The position numbers and the translations under genes are program-made. Under the pieces are notes generated by a model that saw nothing but the letters and a program-made list of their open reading frames with translations, was not told the origin of the DNA and did not search any database. A DNA stretch of 64,000 nt from an uncultured Acidobacteriota bacterium (GTDB lineage: Bacteria; Acidobacteriota; Thermoanaerobaculia; Multivoradales; SZUA-115): NCBI GenBank assembly GCA_963805975.1, contig CAWDVR010000004.1:192001-256000 (forward strand), given 5' to 3'. This document shows, in pieces, positions 46,717-54,177 of this stretch. Each line of letters begins with the position of its first letter. Position 1 is the stretch's first letter.

Positions 46717-48056
46717 CAGGCGGCCGGGCGGTAGAGATCCAGGAAGTGGCGGCGGTACGCCTCGGCGTCCTGCCCCAGCCGCCCCATGAAGACCGCGCCC
46801 GGCAGCGCGCCGTGCTGGAAGCGCCGCTTGGGGAAGACGGGCATGTCGAGCCCGGTCCAATGCCGGAGACCGCGGCGGACGATCTCGCCCTTCAAGGCGT
46901 AGAGGCGCTCATGGTCTCCTGCCGCCAGCTCGGCGAAGGGGATGGCCTCGGCCACCGCGATCACCGCCGGTCGCGTGTAGGGGGAGAAGCCCAGGAAGCC
47001 GTGGCGGGCGAGCGGCGCCGAGGTGCGCACCGTGCCGCGCGAGAGGCCGCCGCTGTAGGTCAGCGAGTGCTTGATCGCCTCCACCCCCCAGCCCTCCTGG
47101 TAGAGCATGCGGTTGTTCACCACGCTCCGGATGGTCAGCTCCGGGTTCTCCTCGATCGGGTAGTCCTTCAGGTTCTCGTCTCCTCCGTCGCCGTCGGCCA
47201 GGTGGCGCCAGGCCGGGTAGCGGCGCCGGATGCCGCCGAGGAGCGCCAGCGCCACGGCCGCGCACTCGACGTCGAGCGGCTTGTAGTCCTCGATCACCTC
47301 GACCGCCGCCAGCGGGTCGACCTCGCCGGCGCCGGCCTCGATCACCTCGCCCAGCATCTCGAGGTCGAGCCGCGAGAGGAACTCCCGCGCCTGGGCCAGG
47401 TCCTCGCCGCCGCCGTCCACGGCGAGCGTGAAGGCCTTGAGCCGCACCGGGCTCTGCCCCAGGTCGAGGAGGGTGCGATAGACGGCGAGGAGCACGGCAC
47501 CGCTGTCGATGCCGCCCGAGAACAGCACGCCGATCGGCTCCTCGGGGCCCACGGCCGAGAGCCAGGCGCGGGTCTCTTCGAGGAGCGCCCCCACGTAGCG
47601 GCGCCCGATCTCGTCGAGGTCCGGCGCCAGCACTCCGCGCGGCGGGTCGAAGAAGCGGCGGTAGGTGGGGTTGGGGTCCGGGCAGCCCACCAGGCGCAGG
47701 TTCGTCACGTGGTGGGCCGGCGCCATGCGCGTGTAGCTGGGGTGGAACTGGCCGCCGTGCCCCTCGGCCTCGAGGCAGCGGCGGATCTCGTCGATGCGCT
47801 CGGCCACCACCAGCATGGGCCCCGCGGCTTCCTTGGCCAGGAAGTAGCGCAGCGGCCGGTCCAGGCTCCGCGCCAGGGCCACGCGCTCGCCGTCGCGGGC
47901 CATCAGGGCGAACGACCCCTGGATGCCGAGCACCGCGGCCGGGTCGTCGTCCAGCAGGCGCCGGCGCGCTTCGTCCACGGAGAGGTTGAGGATCTGCTGG
48001 CGGCCGGGGTCGACGAGGTCGATGACGCGGGCGATGGGGCGGTGTGGAGTCAGCAT
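46716..48056 (-). CDS. Asparagine-synthetase-like ATP-dependent amide ligase (no N-terminal Cys)
   Basis: PP-loop 'FSGGIDS', 'DGDGGDE', 'PY', 'K..I.R', 'PKRRFQ.G'; degenerate Ntn N-domain. Confidence 0.85.
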   Translation of the reverse strand: MLTPHRPIARVIDLVDPGRQQILNLSVDEARRRLLDDDPAAVLGIQGSFALMARDGERVALARSLDRPLRYFLAKEAAGPMLVVAERIDEIRRCLEAEGHGGQFHPSYTRMAPAHHVTNLRLVGCPDPNPTYRRFFDPPRGVLAPDLDEIGRRYVGALLEETRAWLSAVGPEEPIGVLFSGGIDSGAVLLAVYRTLLDLGQSPVRLKAFTLAVDGGGEDLAQAREFLSRLDLEMLGEVIEAGAGEVDPLAAVEVIEDYKPLDVECAAVALALLGGIRRRYPAWRHLADGDGGDENLKDYPIEENPELTIRSVVNNRMLYQEGWGVEAIKHSLTYSGGLSRGTVRTSAPLARHGFLGFSPYTRPAVIAVAEAIPFAELAAGDHERLYALKGEIVRRGLRHWTGLDMPVFPKRRFQHGALPGAVFMGRLGQDAEAYRRHFLDLYRPAA

Positions 48057-48091
48057 GGTGGAATTCTAGCCTCAGAGAGGACGCACTCCGG

Positions 48092-48129
48092 CCCCCTCTC
48101 CCACTTGCGGGAGAGGGCTGGGGTGAGGG
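48092..48129. repeat. CCCTCTCCC-N-GGGAGAGGG palindromic REP-like element
   Basis: CCCCCTCTCCCACTTGCGGGAGAGGGCTGGGGTGAGGG in the divergent intergenic region. Confidence 0.7.
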
Positions 48130-48231
48130 TGTCGTGTGCGAAGGCGCTGTGGGCACGGGTTGGTTATAGGATGCGCCGAGCTTTTTGCCGGAGAAGTCGT
48201 GATCGCGTTCCGGAGACGGGGTGTGGGAGCC

Positions 48232-49374
48232 ATGCCGAGAGTCTTCGTAGCCAAGGAAACGCGTCCGGGCGAGACCCGGGTCGCCGCCACGCCCGAAACC
48301 GTCAAGAAGATGGTGAAGGCCGGGCTCACCGTCGCCGTCGAGAGCGGCGCGGGTCGGGCCGCCGGTTTTTCCGACAAGCTCTACGCCGATGCCGGCGCCG
48401 AGGTCGGGCCGGGCGGTGCCGCGGCCCTGGAGGCGGCGGACCTGGTGCTCCGGGTCACCGCGCCGGAGGACTCCGAGATCTCGCAGCTGCGCTCCGGAGG
48501 CATCCTCGCCGCGCTCCTCGACCCCTACCGCAACGTCGAGCTCGTTTCGAAGCTCGCCGCGCGGGGCGTCTCCGCCTTCGCCCTCGAGCTCGTGCCGCGC
48601 GTCACCCGCGCGCAGGACATCGACGTGCTCTCCTCCCAGGCCTCGATCTCCGGCTACAAGGCCGTGGTGCTCGCCGCCGCGCGCCTCGGCAAGTACTTCC
48701 CGCTGCTGATGACCGCCGCCGGCACCATCCAGCCGGCGCGGGTGGTGGTGCTGGGCGCGGGCGTCGCCGGCCTCCAGGCGCTCGCCACCGCCAAGCGCCT
48801 GGGCGCCGTGGTCGAGGTGTCGGACATCCGCGCCGCGGTCAAGGAGCAGGTCGAGTCCCTGGGCGGCAAGTTCATCGAGCTGCCGGAGATGCCTTCCGGC
48901 GAAGGCCAGGGCGGCTACGCCAAGGAGATGACGCCGGAGTTTCTCGAAAAACAGCGCGCGCTCTTGACGCAGCGGATCGCGCTCGCCGACGTGGTGATCA
49001 CCACCGCGCAGGTGCCGGGCAAGAAGGCGCCGACCCTTCTGACGCGGGCCATGGTCGAGGTGATGAAGCCGGGCTCGGTGGTGGTGGACATCGCCGCGGC
49101 GCAGGGCGGCAACTGCGAGCTGACCCGCGTGGACGAGGAAGTGGACCACAACGGCGTCCTCATCCTGGGGCCGGGGAACCTCCCCGCCACCCTGGCGCAC
49201 GACGCGAGCCTGGTCTACTCGCGGAACCTCCTCGCCCTGTTGACGCTGCTCTTGAAGGACGGCCAGCTCGCGGTGCGCGAGGACGACGAGGTGGTGCGGG
49301 GCACGCTCCTCACCCACGGTGGCCAGATCGTCAACAAAGCGGTGGCCGACCTGGCCGCCACCGCCAAGTCTTGA
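48232..49374 (+). CDS. pntA: NAD(P) transhydrogenase alpha subunit part 1 (dI)
   Basis: 'KETRPGETRVAATPE', 'RAQ..DVLSSQ', 'GAGVAGLQA', 'GGYAK', 'GGNCE'. Confidence 0.95.
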   Translation: MPRVFVAKETRPGETRVAATPETVKKMVKAGLTVAVESGAGRAAGFSDKLYADAGAEVGPGGAAALEAADLVLRVTAPEDSEISQLRSGGILAALLDPYRNVELVSKLAARGVSAFALELVPRVTRAQDIDVLSSQASISGYKAVVLAAARLGKYFPLLMTAAGTIQPARVVVLGAGVAGLQALATAKRLGAVVEVSDIRAAVKEQVESLGGKFIELPEMPSGEGQGGYAKEMTPEFLEKQRALLTQRIALADVVITTAQVPGKKAPTLLTRAMVEVMKPGSVVVDIAAAQGGNCELTRVDEEVDHNGVLILGPGNLPATLAHDASLVYSRNLLALLTLLLKDGQLAVREDDEVVRGTLLTHGGQIVNKAVADLAATAKS

Positions 49375-49387
49375 GCGAGGGACGGGC

Positions 49388-49681
49388 ATGAGCGAAGGGT
49401 GGATCGTCGGTCTCTGGGTCCTGCTGCTCGCCACCTTCATCGGCATGGAGGTGATCCGCAACGTGTCGCGGCTCCTGCACACGCCGCTCATGTCGCTCAC
49501 CAACGCCATCTCCGCCATCGCCATCGTGGGCTCGATCCTGATCGCCGGTGAGGAGCAGTCCACCTTCTCGACCGTGATCGGCGCGATCGCCGTGGCGGCG
49601 TCGATGACCAACATCGTCTCCGGCTTCCTGATCACCGACCGCATGCTCAAGATGTTCAAGAAGCGGGAGCCCGGCAAGTGA
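49388..49681 (+). CDS. NAD(P) transhydrogenase alpha subunit part 2
   Basis: 'LHTPLMSLTNAIS', 'GFLITDRML.MF'. Confidence 0.95.
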   Translation: MSEGWIVGLWVLLLATFIGMEVIRNVSRLLHTPLMSLTNAISAIAIVGSILIAGEEQSTFSTVIGAIAVAASMTNIVSGFLITDRMLKMFKKREPGK

Positions 49682-51075
49682 ACGTCGAGATCGTCACCCA
49701 GCTCGCCTACATACTGGCGGCGGGGCTCTTCGTCCTGTCGCTCAAGTGGCTCTCGCGCCCCACCACCGCGCGCCGCGGCGTCATGGCCGGCGTGCTGGGC
49801 ATGACGGCCGCGGTGGCCGGCACGCTGCTCCACCCGGAGATCGTCAGCTACAAGTGGATCCTGCTCGCCATGGTGGCGGGCACGCTGATCGGCATCCCCC
49901 TCTCCTGGGTGCCGCTCACCGCCGTGCCGCAGCGGACGGCCCTGTCGCACGCCTTCGGCGGCCTCGCCGCGGGCCTCGTGGGCACCGCCAAGTTCTACCT
50001 CTGGCACGACGACGGCTCGCTCACCGCCTTCCGCACCTCGGTGATCGTGATCGAGGTGATCCTGGGCTACCTCACCTTCACCGGCAGCCTGATGGCGGCC
50101 GGCAAGCTCCAGGAGGTGCTGCCGACGCGGCCCATCACCTACCGCGGGCAGAACGTCGTCAACCTGCTACTGCTGGCGGTGGCGGTGGTGGCCGGCGTGG
50201 TGCTCGCCGTGGACCCGAGCCACTCCTACCTCTTCCCGGTGATCATCGTCCTCTCGCTCTCCTTCGGTGTCTTCCTGATCCTGCCGATCGGCGGCGCGGA
50301 CATGCCCACCGTGATCTCGCTCCTCAACTCCTACGCCGGTCTCGCAGCCGTGGCCATGGGCTTCGTTTTGGACAACAAGCTCCTGATCACCGCCGGCGCG
50401 CTCGACGGCGCCTCGGGCCTGATCCTGTCGATCATCATGTGCAAGGCCATGAACCGCTCGTTCACCAACGTGCTGTTCGGCGCTTTCGGCTCGGTGCAGA
50501 CGGCGGTAGCCGCGGCGAGCCAGAAGGCCGTCAAGTCCGCCACCGCCGAGGACGCGGCCCAGCTCCTGGAGAACGCCAACCGGGTGGTGATCGTGCCCGG
50601 CTACGGCATGGCCGTGGCGCAGGCCCAGCACCGCGTGCGCGACCTCTACGATCAGCTCGCCAAGCGCGGGGTGGACGTGCGCTTCGCCATCCATCCGGTG
50701 GCCGGCCGCATGCCCGGCCACATGAACGTGCTCCTGGCCGAGGCCAACATCCCCTACGACCGGCTGGTGGAGATGGACGACATCAACCCGGACTTCCCGG
50801 AGGTGGACGTCGCCCTGGTGGTGGGTGCCAACGACGTGGTGAACCCGGCTGCCAAGAACACGCCCGGCAGCCCGATCTACGGCATGCCGATCCTCGACGT
50901 CTACAAGGCCCGGACCGTGCTCGCCAACAAGCGCTCGATGAACCCCGGCTTCGCCGGCATCGACAACGAGCTCTACACCCTGGACCAGACCCTGATGGTC
51001 TTCGGCGACGCCAAGTCCGTGATCGGCGACATCGTCAAGGTGCTGTCGGGCGAGGGCGGGGGGATGGGGCACTAG
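49678..51075 (+). CDS. pntB: NAD(P) transhydrogenase beta subunit
   Basis: 'IGGADMP.VISLLNSY', 'CKAMNRS', 'PGYGMAVAQAQ', 'HPVAGRMPGHMNVLLAEA'. Confidence 0.97.
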   Translation: MNVEIVTQLAYILAAGLFVLSLKWLSRPTTARRGVMAGVLGMTAAVAGTLLHPEIVSYKWILLAMVAGTLIGIPLSWVPLTAVPQRTALSHAFGGLAAGLVGTAKFYLWHDDGSLTAFRTSVIVIEVILGYLTFTGSLMAAGKLQEVLPTRPITYRGQNVVNLLLLAVAVVAGVVLAVDPSHSYLFPVIIVLSLSFGVFLILPIGGADMPTVISLLNSYAGLAAVAMGFVLDNKLLITAGALDGASGLILSIIMCKAMNRSFTNVLFGAFGSVQTAVAAASQKAVKSATAEDAAQLLENANRVVIVPGYGMAVAQAQHRVRDLYDQLAKRGVDVRFAIHPVAGRMPGHMNVLLAEANIPYDRLVEMDDINPDFPEVDVALVVGANDVVNPAAKNTPGSPIYGMPILDVYKARTVLANKRSMNPGFAGIDNELYTLDQTLMVFGDAKSVIGDIVKVLSGEGGGMGH

Positions 51076-51420
51076 GAACCCGGCCGCGGTTTCGTTCTTC
51101 TGCGGGCCGATAGCGAAAGACCTGCAAGCCGTGGCGCGCGTCGTCCGCCACGAAGAAAAGCGTTCTCTCGGACACGGTGAGGAATCTGGGCTCGGAAGAG
51201 CGGAGGCCCGGGGAGAGGTCGTTCACCAGGCGCGTGCCGGCCGGAGTGCCGTCGGTCTCCCACAGCCCCAGGCCCTGGTGGGCATCGTTCCCTCGGTCAC
51301 GCGCCGCGCCCCACCGCCGTCAGAGCTGATGCCCAGCAGCTCCGTGCCACCCATCTCCTGCATTCTCAGGTACAGTCAGTGCGCCAGAGCGCTGCTTCCC
51401 CCGGTCGGTGGCCACCACGG
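51076..51420 (-). pseudogene. Decayed ELWxxDGT-repeat gene remnant
   Basis: Fragments in different frames: 'ALWRTDCT*', 'GTELLGISSDG..GARRV', 'GLWETDGTPAGTRLVNDL.PG..SSEP..LT....LFFVADD..HG'; no usable start. Confidence 0.7.
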
Positions 51421-51497
51421 CTGCCAAAAGCCGAGCCCGGCGTGAAGGCCGAACGGGCACACGCCGCCGTGGCTGACGGGGCCCAGATCCGACATCA

Positions 51498-52742
51498 CTA
51501 CCGCGCGGTGATCGTTTCGGCAGACTCGAAGCCCACCGTCCGCCAATCCCCCAAGGGCAGCACCTCGCAGCTCTCCCCTGTTCCTCGCGCCGCCTCTCCG
51601 GCGCGCACGCGCACCAGGCCCGAGCCGCGGCCGTAGGCGCCGAGGTCGTGGGAGCCCACGGGGGGGCAGGGGAGGGCGAGGACGCGGCCCTCTTCGAAGG
51701 CGATCTCGGCGGGGAGGAAGCGGTCGCGAGCCGTGGCCGCGGGTAAGGGGCCGGCGAGCTCGGCGGCGACCGCGCCCTGCCAGAGGCCGTCGGCCAGGCC
51801 CAGGAGGCGCCGCAGGGCCGGGCGGACGAAGAGCCAGAAGCCGACCATGGCGCCGGCCGGGTTGCCGGGCAGGCCGAAGACCAGGCCGCGGGCGTGGCGG
51901 GCAGCGACCAGGGGCTTGCCCGGCTGGACGGCCACGGCGTCGAAGATCGTCTCGCAGCCGAAGCCGGCGAGAACGCCCTCCACCAGGTCCAGCTCGCCGG
52001 CCGAAACGCCGCCGGTGGTGAGCAGCACGTCGTAGCCGAGCCCCTTCTCGATCGCGCCTGCCAGCGACTCGATCTCATCGCGCGCGATGCCGAGCGGCTC
52101 GAAGGCCAGGCCCAGGGCGGCGCCGGCCGCGAGCAGGAAGTCCGTATGCGAGTCACGGAGCTGGCCGGGGCGGGGCTCGGCATCGGGCGCCACCACCTCG
52201 TCGCCGGTGACGAGGATCGCCACCCGCGGCGCGCGGTGCACCTCCACCTCGGGCGTGCCGTGAGTGGCGAGAAGCGCCAGGGCCCCCGGGGTGAGCAACG
52301 CGCCCGCGGCCAGCAGGGGGCCGCCGGCACGCTGCACCTCGCCGCGCCGCCGGATGTGCGCGCCGGCCTCGAAGGCGCGCGCGAAAACCACGACCCGGGC
52401 TCCGCGGTCCGACGCCTCGACCGGGATCACCCGATCCGCGCCGCGCGGCACCGGGGCGCCGGTCATGATGCGGGCAGCGCTGCCGGGGGGGAGCTCGAAG
52501 CCGGGAGGGTCACCCGCGACCACCGTGCCGGCCACCGGCAGCACGGCACCGGCGGCGAGATCCCCGCAGACGGCGTAGCCGTCCATGGCCGAGACGTCTG
52601 CGGCCGGCACGTCGACCGTCGCTGCCACGGAGCGCGCCAGCACGCGCCCGGCGCTCGCGCGCCGCGGCAGGCGCTCGGCCGGCAAGGGAGCCAGATGCGG
52701 CAGCAAACGCTGCCAGGCGGCTTCGGGTGGGATCACTGGCAT
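51498..52742 (-). CDS. moeA: Molybdopterin molybdotransferase
   Basis: 'SAMDGYA', 'IMTGAPVP.GAD', 'TGDE', 'TGGVSAG', 'PGKP', 'GLPGNP'. Confidence 0.95.
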   Translation of the reverse strand: MPVIPPEAAWQRLLPHLAPLPAERLPRRASAGRVLARSVAATVDVPAADVSAMDGYAVCGDLAAGAVLPVAGTVVAGDPPGFELPPGSAARIMTGAPVPRGADRVIPVEASDRGARVVVFARAFEAGAHIRRRGEVQRAGGPLLAAGALLTPGALALLATHGTPEVEVHRAPRVAILVTGDEVVAPDAEPRPGQLRDSHTDFLLAAGAALGLAFEPLGIARDEIESLAGAIEKGLGYDVLLTTGGVSAGELDLVEGVLAGFGCETIFDAVAVQPGKPLVAARHARGLVFGLPGNPAGAMVGFWLFVRPALRRLLGLADGLWQGAVAAELAGPLPAATARDRFLPAEIAFEEGRVLALPCPPVGSHDLGAYGRGSGLVRVRAGEAARGTGESCEVLPLGDWRTVGFESAETITAR

Positions 52743-52839
52743 CCGGAAGCGGATGCTATACTCACGCGTCTCCACCGCCGTCCGGCACGACGCTCCATTT
52801 CGCCATGCTTTCGTTGTCTTTTCTCATCTCTTCGCCGTC

Positions 52840-53634
52840 GTGACCAAAGCCTTCGAGTACCGCGGAGACCTCGCCCACACCACGCTGCCGGAGATGCTCT
52901 TCACGATCTACCGGTTCCAGGTGCCGGGGATCCTGGAGGCCCGACGGGAGGGCCTGGTCAAGCGCGTCTACGTGCGCGACGGTGCCGTGCTGCACGCCAC
53001 CTCTTCCGACATCGACGACAGCCTCGGCGGTTTCTTGAAGCGCACCGGGCGGCTGCCCGGGGACCAGTACGACTCGCTGATGCGCCAGCGCGCCGAGACC
53101 AAGCGCCGCTTCGGCGCGCTGGTGGTCGAGCACGGCCTGCTGGGGCCTGACGAGGTCTACAGCTCGATCCGCGAGCAGGTCGAAGCCATCGTCTGGAGCC
53201 TCTTTTACTGGCAGGAGGGCGAGGTCGCCTTTCGCATCGGAGAGTTCGCGGCCATCGAGCAGGTGCGCATCCAGGTGCCGGTACGGCAGGTGATCCTGGC
53301 CGGCATCAAGCGCGCCCCCAACCCCAAGATCCTGGTCGCCCGGCTGGGCAAGAAGGAGACCGTCTTCGAGCCCAACTTCCAGAGCGAGGAGCTGATCGAG
53401 ACCGGCCTCGACAAGGTGGATTTCACGCTTCTCAAGCTGGTGGACGGCAAGCGGACGCTTTTCGAGGTCTGCACCCAGGGCCCACTGCCGCCGGCCGACA
53501 ACGCCAAGCTGATGTACGCTTTCCAGGTGCTGCAGTTGATCCGCCGGACGGAGCCGAGCGGCCCCCCGAAGACCGACACCGGCGCGATCAAGATCCGTTT
53601 GAAGACCGAGTGGGACGGCGGCGGCCAGGCTTGA
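52840..53634 (+). CDS. DUF4388/PatA-N-like domain protein
   Basis: 'GDL..TTLPEML', 'LG.FL.R.G', 'G.L.VE.G.L', 'W.EG...F', 'VDGKRT'. Confidence 0.75.
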   Translation: MTKAFEYRGDLAHTTLPEMLFTIYRFQVPGILEARREGLVKRVYVRDGAVLHATSSDIDDSLGGFLKRTGRLPGDQYDSLMRQRAETKRRFGALVVEHGLLGPDEVYSSIREQVEAIVWSLFYWQEGEVAFRIGEFAAIEQVRIQVPVRQVILAGIKRAPNPKILVARLGKKETVFEPNFQSEELIETGLDKVDFTLLKLVDGKRTLFEVCTQGPLPPADNAKLMYAFQVLQLIRRTEPSGPPKTDTGAIKIRLKTEWDGGGQA

Positions 53635-53691
53635 CGGGCTTCGCCCGGCGAGCCCCGTGCCGAGCCGATCCAGAATGGAGCTTCCCCTTCG

Positions 53692-54093
53692 ATGCCCATC
53701 TATGAGTACCAATGCGACCGCTGCGGACACCGGAGCGAGGAGCTGCAGCGCCTCGCAGACCCGCCGGTAGCTCTCTGCCCGAACTGTGGCGGGCCGTATC
53801 GCAAGCTGATCTCCGCCCCCTCCTTCCAGTTCAAGGGCAGCGGCTGGTACGTCACGGACTACGCCCGCAACCAGGGCGGCAAGGACCAAGGCAAGTCCGA
53901 TACGGGCAAGAGCGAAGAGAGCTCGGCGAAGAGCGAGGGCGGGGCCAAGGACAGCGCCTCCAAGGATAGTGGCTCCAAGGACGGCGGCTCCAAGGAAGGG
54001 GCAGGCGACGGCGCGGCAGGGAAGACCGCGAGCGAGCCCTCGGGCGGCGACAAGGCGCCGGCCGCGAAGAGCGCGGCCAAGACCGGCGAGTAG
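53692..54093 (+). CDS. FmdB-family zinc-ribbon protein with Ser/Lys/Gly tail
   Basis: '[10 protein letters not shown]', 'CP.CG', '[11 protein letters not shown]'. Confidence 0.9.
   Translation: MPIYEYQCDRCGHRSEELQRLADPPVALCPNCGGPYRKLISAPSFQFKGSGWYVTDYARNQGGKDQGKSDTGKSEESSAKSEGGAKDSASKDSGSKDGGSKEGAGDGAAGKTASEPSGGDKAPAAKSAAKTGE
53945..54000 (+). repeat. Four imperfect 15-bp tandem repeats within the FmdB-like tail
   Basis: CCAAGG at 53945, 53960, 53975 and 53990 ([18 protein letters not shown]). Confidence 0.8.
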
Positions 54094-54177
54094 TTGCACG
54101 CAGCTTGTCGCTGCGAACTACTTCACAAAAATTCGCCACTCGGTATGGTAGGGTCGCCCGACGCTGGCGGTGCTGCC

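Noticed and set aside
46716-48231. Lasso peptide or other RiPP cluster suggested by the AsnB-like gene
   Set aside because: No precursor ORF, RRE or B-protease adjacent; ORF 48072-48377 is mostly antisense to pntA.
53637-53655. Hairpin after the DUF4388 gene as a terminator
   Set aside because: Imperfect stem without a U-tract; not enough support.
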